Origin: Azolla caroliniana
Lineage: Eukaryota; Plantae; Polypodiophyta
DNA length: 64,000 bases
Assembly: GCA_043228905.1 (NCBI GenBank)
Contig: JBHGNT010000016.1
Coordinates: 11,656,001-11,720,000, forward strand
Direction of reading: 5' to 3'
Under the pieces are notes generated by a model that was given only the letters and a program-made list of their open reading frames with translations, searched no databases and was not told the DNA's origin. Positions 25,955 to 36,100 of the stretch are shown piece after piece (the stretch's first letter is position 1; the number at the start of each line of letters is the position of its first letter). A program made the position numbers and the translations under genes.

Positions 25955-27396
25955 TCATGCCGAATACGACCCCGATCGAACGATCCACGACCGGATTCTG
26001 CTCCATCCGAATCGGAAAGCCGATCTCCTCATGCCGCGTCCGTCCTCAGCCTCCTCACAGGCCGTTTCCCATCTGTCTTCGCTGGCATCGTGCCAGGACT
26101 CCTCAGTACCGCCATCCATCTCCTCGGTCTTACATGGGCATACGGGGCCGAATGCCGAGTTCTCCGGAATCGGGTCCGAGGTTTTTCGTCTGCTCCTTCC
26201 TCGTATCGTCTCGCCGGTGATTCTTGGTCTTTCGCCGCCGCCTTCCTCCGCTTGGGACTCACGTGGACACTCGGGCCCGACTGCCATCGTCTCGGGAGCA
26301 AGTGTGGGAAGACACAAAGAATTGCCCGTCCGTTTTACGCCCTTGTCCGTAGCCACCGACTCTTCGTGGTCGGTGGTCGTCTTCTTACCGATCACGCAAG
26401 CCCCATCTTGGCTCGCTTCTCCAATGACCGGGGTTTCAGGCTGACACGCCCGAAACCGCTGGTCCCAACTATCCAGTTCCGCGATCTGTATCTCGGCCTC
26501 GTCCTTGGTCATTCTACCTCCGCAAGTCGAGAGGGCGTTTTGTTCCGCACCCTCTCCCATGGTACCGTCGTACCGATCTTCCGCCGTCGCGTGGGGCAAG
26601 TCCATCTCCTTAGTCTCGGCTTGCGGCCTCCGTCTTTCCTCTTCCTCGAGCATCGCCTCGAGAGCTGCGTACGCCTCCGCAATCCTGGCCCCAACGCCGA
26701 CCCTTGCCGACTCTCTTTGCCGTTCGGCCTCTTCCCATTGTGATGGCACGCCGTCGCGTACCTTCCTCTTAGCCTTCTCGGCTCGCTCATTGTCTAGCCG
26801 TTGGCACACCCTTCCGACCTTCGACCAGTCCTCCATAAGCCCATTCGCTCCATCATCATCTTCGAGCTCAATCCCGATGGCCTCCCGTTCCGCTCAGTCG
26901 ATCGACCTGACGAACAATAGGACCTTGTCCGCCCCCACCAAACCTTGTTCCCGCTCCGAGAGCCGAGCAAGCCGTCGCTCGAACTCTCGGAACACCTTCG
27001 TCGCGCCCCGGTGGGTCTTTGCTGATGCTACCCACTGGTCAAAGTCGTGTCGTCCCTGACTCTTCCGCCGTCCTCCGTATGCCTTCAGGAGCGCCTCTTC
27101 GAAGGCCTCCCACGAACTATGAGCCTCACAGAGCTCCTTTACTTCCGCATGCATCCGGACAGCTACGACCCGACAGAAGAACTCCAGCCTCAACGCCTCG
27201 TCTACGCCACGCTCCTCCATTTCCGCGTTGTAGGCTTCCAAGTAAGATGGGACTTTGTCCCCATTGAAACGGCCAACTCTTTCGACCACTCACTCATCAC
27301 CACTTGTTGCGCTGCTTCTTGCCTCATCACCACTTGCGCCGACTCCAACACCACTTCGGCCACCATCTCCGCGAGGTCGTCGTCTTCCGACTCCAT
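25955..27396 (-). pseudogene. gag-like ORF of the non-autonomous element (frameshift near 27290, stop at 26894)
   Basis: VERVGRFNGDKVPSYLEAYNAEM...WEAFEEAL...FDQWV...DKVLLFVRSID aligns with the gag of F, followed by an acidic low-complexity tail. Confidence 0.85.
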
Positions 27397-28520
27397 CCTC
27401 CCTTGCTGCCTTTCACGTCGGGTTCACCAAAGATGTCGCATTGTTACGCCCGTGCATGGAGAAAGGCGGGACCACGGGGGTCTTGGACTAGGGAGTGACG
27501 GAGCGTAGGAAGTCGCGCTTCACTGTTTCCGGGGCATCCCAGAAGCACACCGGAAGCGACCGAAGGGAGAGAGAGAAAGAGAGGGAGCGCGCGCTTAACA
27601 CCGACTCACGCACACACACCGACCCGACTCACGCCCTTATGTACAGGAAACGCAGGAAACGGGAAGCACCCGACACCAACATAGACGCGAATATACACAG
27701 ATGGATGCAAATGTATATATATATATAAGGAAGAATACATTCCCGGCTTCGAGCCGGACCGAGGTAGGTTACAGTAGTCGTTAGCTGCCAAGCTGCCGGT
27801 CGGGGAGCTCACGGGCTTGTCGCGCCGAGCGGGGTCTTGCGCAGGAGACGAGCTGAAGCAAACCCTAAACGAACACGAAGGGGAAGAAGAAGAAGAAGAA
27901 GAAGAAGAAGAATAACTAACCCTAAATCTAACGGTATACCCTCTAACGCAAAATGGGCAACCCTTTCACAAAGGGCGTTCCCTTCCTTTTATAGAACAAG
28001 GACAGGGATGCGTTACAATGTGGGATAAATCCCTACTTACATGGGACCGTCTATCCCGACTTGACTACTCTTCGGCGCCATAAAGGCGCCCTCGTTATTC
28101 ACACTAAATGTACATGGGTGCGTACACACGCTGCACCCCGCCGATGTAGCCAACGTTTCCCGGTTTCCGCCTCTGGCCGAAATTCTTCACGACACCGTGC
28201 CCTCGCGAGCACTTACTATCTTCCGCATACTATCGCCATGGCTTCGGCGAGCTCCGATCCCCTCATCTTCGACTCCTCTACCGCCTTGTTTCACGTCGGG
28301 TTCACCAAATAATGTCGTGTTGTTCCGCTTTCGCATAGGAAATAAGGCAAGACCGCGGGCCCCTGAACCGAGGAGCAAGAGAGAGAAGAAGGAGGAGCGG
28401 GAGAAGAGCGCGAGCATAGGGCCGGTTAGGCTTGTTTGCAACTGACAGCGCTTGCCGGCTTAATGAACCACTAATGTGTATCTGAACAAGATGCACTCGC
28501 GTAAAGAGAGACTCATAGAA

Positions 28521-28522
<2 letters not shown>

Positions 28523-28565
<43 letters not shown>
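28523..28565. repeat. (GA)n microsatellite in the LTR of W
   Basis: About 21 AG units. Confidence 0.95.
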
Positions 28566-28569
<4 letters not shown>

Positions 28570-31500
28570 AAGAGATTCCAATAACAGTAAAAGTTACAGC
28601 GTTCACAAGATTACAACCGGATAGCCGGCGACAGACCCAACCTAGACAATCCCACACCCACGCACACACATAGTAGAGCCTTTGTCGGGAAGCACACGGG
28701 CTTTCCTCGAAGCAAAGGCAACCAACTCAGAAAACCTACAAAAAACAACGATAGAGGAGGAGAGAGCTCGGTTCCCAGTCCGACAACACCTCCTCCTCGC
28801 CAAAACGTGATCCCGTTTCAGCCGTCTCCCCTTCCCTTTTATAGGCTGTCGAGGAAGGACCGTTACATCCGGGTCACATCACTTTTACTCTTTGTCCCTT
28901 CAGACAGAGATCCGCTTCGATTTACTAGCCTATTAATATATTCTCCCTAGGATATACACACCACGTCGGCCTTTTCCTAGTTATGTACAGTGTGTTGGTT
29001 TGAGTGCACACGCGTAAGTGCCTTTTCACACGCCGAATTCCATGATTCCACCTAAGGCCGGTTTTCTCCACAACAACGGACTCAAGCAAGCACCGCGTGC
29101 TTGGCATTTTGAAGATCACCCAGTACCTTCATCAAATCGGCTTCCGAATATCAAAATCAGACAACTCCTTGTACATCAAAACTGAGTCTAACAACCTGAT
29201 TGTCATCATCCTGTACGTGGATGATCTGGTAATCGAAGGAATGAATCTAACTGACATTACTAAGGTCAAATCACTACTATCCGGCATATTCTAAATAAAA
29301 AATATGCACAAGCTCCATTACTTCCCCGGTATCGAAGTAATTCAAACACCAGTCGGGATATTGATCTCTCAATGGCACTACATTCTTAACCTACTCTACA
29401 AGTTCAGGATGACTGAGTGCGAACCTGTGTCTACCCCTCTCGATCGAAATCTCAAGCTCGATGCTAATTCTTGAACAAAAGATTGTGAGTTGATTTAGCA
29501 TCACCAACTAATCGGCAGCCTAATCTATCTAACTATCACACGACCCGGCCTCAGCTATTGGGTTGGCCTTCTTAGCCAATTCATGCAGAATCCTCGAAAT
29601 GTTCATCTTGTTTGTGCTAAGTGTTAGCATAAAAGGCCGACTCCTTCCAAGTTGTATCCGTCCGAGTGTGAACTCGTCAATAAGTTAGGGCTTAGTATAT
29701 AAGCAAATACCTAACATTGTATAGAATGACAAGTGACAGAGTGACGAAGTCTCTATGCATTGTATCTCAGAGAGAGAGTGAGAACAAAGCAATAAAACTT
29801 TCCATTAGAGCTTGCACTGTGTAAGTCCACGCCTATTCTATTTTCTATCTGCGTTGTTTGTTGTTCAGAACCGACACTATATCCAGACATGTTTCCGCGA
29901 AGCACACTCGTTACCGACAACTAGTATCAGAGCGAATCCTTGTTGTTCGGCGGCAACAGACAATAGAAGAAGCTGAAAGAAAAGACCAAGTCAGAAATTT
30001 CAAGTTCAAAAACAGAATATGGCTTCAACATTCGGAACAGGAGTTCAAATAAGAAAATTTGACGGCAAAAACTTTGCCTTGTGGAAGGAGATGATGCAGG
30101 ATGTGTTGATCATACGAAGACAGGTTGAAGCCATTCGCCACAGCGAAAAACCTACTTCAATGACAACCGAGGAGTGGAGATCAACGGACAAAATTGCGCG
30201 CTCTACCATCCAAATGCATCTGGCCGAAAACGTCTATTTCAGCATGACGAAAGAGACGACAACGTTCTCATTGTGGGAGAAGCTACGGGCCGTTTATGAA
30301 AAGAAGTCCTCATCTTCGAAACTGATTTTGATCAAACAACTGTTCAACATGAAGATGAGAGAGACTGATCCAGCAACCAGCCACATTAACACCTTCAGTC
30401 GGGTGTTATTTGAGCTCTCGTCACAAGGGATCAACTTCGAAGAAGAAGTGAAAGCCCTTGCCTTCCTATCGAGCTTGCCGACGAGTTGGGAGGTATTCTA
30501 CATGACATACGCCAATAGCCGACCGATCCTAAACTTGGACGAAACAATTGGCCAAGTCCTCACAAAGGACATCAAGCGAAAATCAATGGGACTAACCATC
30601 GATGAGTCGGCAAAAGCCCATCACTCGATCGAGTTGTTCGACTGACAGTGTCAAATGAAAGAACAAGTCGACAGAACCGATCGATGCTACAACCGATCAA
30701 AAACAAGGGGAGACCGACAGCGATCGAAGTCGAAAATGAATCGATCAAGTGAGTACTGCACACACTGCAGGAAAGCTGGCCACAATGTTTCCGACTGCTA
30801 GTCACTAAAAAGAAAAGAGAATCGTCGACAATCCGAGCGGAATTGGGTACGTTCCGACTCGGACCACTCTCTAGTCGGCAACGAAATCAATGTTGCCGAC
30901 ACCCGATCCGGAGAAATTCTCTCCTTACAGGACTCAATGATTGGAGAAGTCCTCTACAGTACACAAGTTGCACACACGTGGCTACTAGACTTTGGCGCCA
31001 CATTTCACGTGACCCCCAACATTGAATGGTTCTCGAACTATTTAGCCGACGCCAGCGGCATAGTCCGACTAGGAAACGGGTAGGAGTGCAAGATAGCCAG
31101 AACCATGGAGGTTCCCATTAGATTGCCAAATGGCAACACAATAACCCTGCACTAAGTTCGCCACGTACCCGATCTAAACAGGAGTCTGGTCTCCATCGGC
31201 ATGTTAGCCAAAGACGGGTATCGAACAACTCTACACGAGTCGACATGGGTGATCAGCCGAGGAAACCTCATAATCGGTAGTGGGCACAAGTATAATAATA
31301 TATACCCACTGATGGCGATCAACTCTGAAGGGGCCGTGAACGTAACCGAGAAAACCGACCCGAACTTATGGCATGGCCGACTTGGCCACATGTCTCAAGC
31401 CGGACATGATCGGCTACATTTTGAAACTCCAGGCAAAGACGGACTTCTGCGAGCATTGTCGATATGGGAAACAGACCCGAAGTCCGCACTCTCTCCACTA

Positions 31501-33121
31501 CGAGACGGTACTACAGCCCCTAGAGCTCGTGCACACAGACATATGTGGGCCCATGCCAGAGCGATCACTAGGAGGCTCTCGATACTTCATCACATTCGTA
31601 GATGACTATATACGGAAAGTTTGGGCATACTCCATCAAGTCCAAAGATGAGGCGCTTGAGGTCTTCACTCAATGGATATCTGAAGTGGAGAACCGGTCGG
31701 GATACAGAGTGAAGACACTCTGATCCGACAACGGAGGTGAGTACACCTCCAGAGCCTTCAAATAGCTACACACCCATGCAAAATGGAGTGGCAGAACGAA
31801 TCAACAGGACGATCCAGGAGAGGGTGACGGCAAAGCTCCAGCAAGCCAGATTGAAGCTGGAATTTTGGGATGAGGCATTGTAAATGGCAATGTACCTGAT
31901 AAATCCGGTACCGTCAAGAGCAATCAGGCTCGAAGTGCCACAAGCACTATGGTCAGGCAAACAACCGACCTACGATAGGCTCCGTATATTCAGATGCGAA
32001 GCCTATGCGTTCATCCCCAGGAACAAAAGGACGAAGTTGGCACCCCATGCAGTGAAGTGCATATTTCTCAGTTATGGAACTGATGGGGACTTGGGCTACA
32101 GGCTATGGGACCCTGAGAACCGGAAATTGATCGGGAGCAGTGACGTAGTCTTCAATAAAGACTCTATCTCAAAAGTACTGACAATCGGGTTGACACAAGT
32201 ACTGACAGTACTTGACTGCTCATAAGTGAGCATCGACACTCACTCCCAAAATTATTCCTTTACGAGGAATATCTCTCTAACGGCCTTTCAGTTTACTCAC
32301 CGATACGGCCTCTCGTTACGCACCGGTTTGCGTACCGGTTTACACATCCGTTTTACGCACCGGTTTGGCCTAACCAATCGATCCCAACCAATCCGGTCCT
32401 CGGCTTGCTCAGCCGATTCGGCCGATGTTGAGCTTGTCTCTCAACACTCCCCCTCAAGCTCAACTTGAGGCTTTTCGGGATCTTCCGGATCACCGTTCCG
32501 GTTCCTCCTGGCTCCCCGCCTCGTTCGCGCTCCTCGGCCTGTTCTACTCCGTGCACATCGACCCTTCTGGTCAACTTGTCTGCTCCCACGACCCTTCACA
32601 GCTTCCTTGTTGTCGCGGTGTTGGCGCTTCTCCTGTTGCCTTCTTTTCCGCTTGGCCCTCGGTTAATTCAATGTATCCGAATCAAACATCCAAACCGACT
32701 CGGCTACTTCCGATTAGTTTTCGCTCTCGTCCGAGTTGGTTGTCTCCAACTCGTCTTCGGTCTTCTCGCCATTGACGGCGTCATCTCCCCCATGCTTTGG
32801 TTGGCTCCGGCTCTATCTTTCGGCTGCTCCCCTTATGGTCGCTTTTGGACTCTTCTGTGGATCCGCCCTTGGCTTCTTCAGCCGAACCGAAATCGAATTC
32901 GTCATTCGACTCGGCGTCCCGGTCTTCTCTCCCCCTCAAGTTCGGCACGTCGAGGTGACGCAACCCAAGCGCACCTGAAAATTGCCGCAACTTGTCTAGT
33001 CCAAGAGGCTTGGTGAAGATGTCGGTTGTCTGTTGATCCGTCGGAACATACTGAAGTTCGACTTCACCGGAGAGAACACACTCACGGACGAAATGGTAGT
33101 GCACCTCAATGTGCTTAGTCC

Positions 33122-36100
33122 TGTCATGATATGGTAAGAGTCGAACCCATGACCTTAAGTTATATGGGTCGAGCTCTTGACCATTAGATTATCTATTGTA
33201 ATACGTAGGATATTATTTTCATTTACATTTTATTATAGGAAATTAGTGTATATTCAGATTTCTCTGTAACATTCTAGAAGCTTCAGGATTACTCCTGAAA
33301 ACACTATAAAAGAGGGCACTAGGCATTATGTTGAACTAAATTGGTTCAACGCCAGTCTTAAGCCTTTTAGCCACCATTGTATATTCTCTTCATATAATAC
33401 ATATCTTTCTTATCATCACTCTCTCTCTCTCTCTCAATCTCTCTCTTTCTCTCTGTCTCGCTCACTTCTTCCTTCTCTCGAAGAAGTTCCACACCTCTCA
33501 TAGTACTAATCCTTTGTTTAGTACTAATTCCTTCTCTGTCTCAGTACTGTTCATGACAGTTTGAACCAATTTTCCCTACCTTTAGTCTCTCTCATTTCCT
33601 ACTAATCTTTTATTCCTCTTTTCTTTCATTCCATGGCCACTGTTAGCGTTGAAGAATATCAATCTGTTTTCTCGGAATTTCAATGCTTGAAGGAGAAGTT
33701 CCATGCTTTGGAACAAGAAAACCAACGGTTGCTGGGGGATCTTCAGCAAATCTCCTTAGAAAAGCAGCAAACGCAACAACAACATGGGGAACTTGCGTTA
33801 CGCGTGCAACAACTCGAACCAACCATCGTAGCGATGCAACAACAAGGGCCCGGAACACAAGGGATTCATAAAGAACCCAAGATTGGCCTTCCCACGAAGT
33901 TCGATGGAACGCGATCGCAATTTAGAGGGTTCCTTAACCAGGTACGATTAGTTATTCAAATGCATCCTTCCCGATATCCCACCGATGCATCACGAGTGGG
34001 TTTAGTAGGCACTTTGTTAAGTGGCTCAGCGTTGTCATGGTTCGCTCCACTATTAGAAAAGGAATTTCCGTTACTCAACAATTTTGAAGAGTTTCTAGGT
34101 GAGTTTAAAGCATGTTTCGGAGATACTGACAGCATCAGGACCGCAATCAACAAAATCCGGCGATTACGCCAAGGTGACCGTCCAGCCTCCGCATACGCTG
34201 CAGATTTTCGCCTACTCGCCGCCGATATCCCTTGGGATGATCAAGCGTTGATGGAGCAATTCCGTTATGGTTTACGCAACGACGTCAAGGATTTACTATT
34301 TACCTTCCCCGAAGAGCCAAAGTCCTTAACAGAAGCAATCAGTCGCGCGGTGAGATGTGACAACCGCCTCTTTGAGTGACGTTCGGAATGACAACTACAG
34401 ATGCCGAGGGTAAGATCAGAGCCCACCTACGCCTCAGTGGTAGCAAGACCTTTTCCGAGGGAGTCATATAATGCGCCTCCAGCGAATACTCCGACTCCGA
34501 TGGAGATTGACACTACACGTCGTCGAGGGCCATTATCCGAAGAAGAAAAGCAGCGATGCCGTACAAATCGACTATGTCTTTACTGCGGTGGACCAGGACA
34601 TATCGCAATAAATTGCCCCCATAGGCCAAGAAGACAGGTAAACCAAATAGTCGCTAGTTCTAATTGTACTAAATCCGAGCCTATTTCAGTAGGGATATCT
34701 GATGGTCCTAATAGTACTAATAGTACTAATATCCCAGATCTAGCAAACAAATTTGATGTCCTTAGTCAGTTAGAAGAAGAGTTAAATGACTAAGTCCAGC
34801 CAAAATAGGAGCCGTTTGGTTGGATAGCCCTAGATCTGTGCAGCCCATTAGTGGTTCCATTCCCTCTAAGCAAGTTAGTGATGTGTTCGTAGCCCAAGTA
34901 ATAGTTAGTACTAAAAGTACCCCTCCAGTACATGTCCTAGCACTCCTAGATTCCGGAGCTAACTCTTGCTTTATGGATAAGAAATTTGCTCAAGCTCATA
35001 AGATATCCCTAAGAAAACTCTAGCGTCCAGCCTCTGTAGTAGTCATTGATGGACGTCCCATTGCTTCCGGAAATATCATAGAAGAGTCAGAGCCCATTAA
35101 TATTGTCCTAGATAACTTAGCATGTGTAGTATCATTTAATATTATTAGTATCCCAGAACATCCTATAGTTTTAGGATTACCGTGGTTCGAGTTACATAAC
35201 CAAGACATAGATTGGAGAACCAGAGAAATCTGGTGTCGACAAACCCAAGGGTCAACTCAGAAGATGGCAACCATTTCGCTACGTCAGTTGCGTAAAGAAG
35301 GGTGCAAGGAGGAAATGTTCCTCTTTGCAATATCAGTAAACCCCTCCAGCACCACTAAAGAAGAATCCACCTTTCAACTTCCCGAGAAGTATCGTCATTA
35401 CGCCGATGTGTTCGATAAAGCACAAGCCAACACACTTCCTCATCATCGACCGTACGATTGCCCCATCGATTTACAACCGGGAAAAGAGCTGCCATGGGGA
35501 CCGTTCTACAATTTGTCACCAACCGAGCTAGAAGTCCTTCGGGCCTATATAGAGGAGAATTTGGAAAATGGTTTCATTCGGCATTTGAAATCTCCAGCCG
35601 GCGCGCCCATTTTCTTCGTCAAAAAAAAAGATGGATCGCTTCGTCTCGTTGTAGATTACCGTGGCTTGAATAAGGTTACAATCAGGAATAGGTATGCTCT
35701 TCCCCTTATCTCAAGTCTTTTAGAACGGATCAATGGTGCCAGGTTCTTCACGAAGATCGACTTACGGGGAGCATATAACCTCGTACGGATTCGACCAGGA
35801 GACGAATGGAAGACTGCGTTTCGCACCAGATATGGGCACTTCGAGTATACGATCATGCCGTTCGGCCTCACTAATGCGCCGGTAGTCTTCCAGCATATGG
35901 CTAATAATATATTCCGAGATCTATTGGATGATTGTTTGATCATCTATTTGGATGATCTACTGGTTTATTCAAAGACCCAAGAAGAACATGATTCTCATGT
36001 ACTATTAGTACTAAAACGACTTCGAGAACATGGTTTGTATGCAAAGCTGGAAAAATGTAGTTTCGGGTGCAACCAAGTGGAATTTCTCGGCTACATCATT

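Larger units (their letters stand above)
22712..28194 (-). mobile_element. Non-autonomous gag-only LTR element (TR-GAG/LARD-like): 5' LTR 27434-28194, 3' LTR 22712-23468
   Basis: Near-identical ~760-bp LTRs, TSD CCGT, tRNA-Trp PBS complement at 27413-27429, PPT complement TCCGCCCCCACC at 23469-23480. No PR/RT/RH/INT motifs recognised. Confidence 0.92.
977..29075 (-). mobile_element. Degenerate tRNA-Trp-primed Ty3/gypsy element W, host of six insertions; pieces 977-1611, 7070-7218, 12908-13462, 20438-20551, 21304-22711, 28195-28312, 5' LTR 28313-29075
   Basis: The fragments translate collinearly with element F (GRFGGKNTTSYL gag; ALIDHGLEINLM protease; TKYKTV..PV; YHIWIPHYAH; HISGKDNAMADMLSR). 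The frame is restored across the TSDs at 7214/12908, 13459/20438 and 20548/21304. PBS complement TCACGTCGGGTTCACCA at 28291-28307. LTR TGTCGTG(28313)...CACAACA(29075). Confidence 0.88.

Noticed and set aside
23461-26790. Dense overlapping ORFs on both strands
   Set aside because: Expected in GC-rich repetitive sequence. Only the gag-like frame has recognisable homology.
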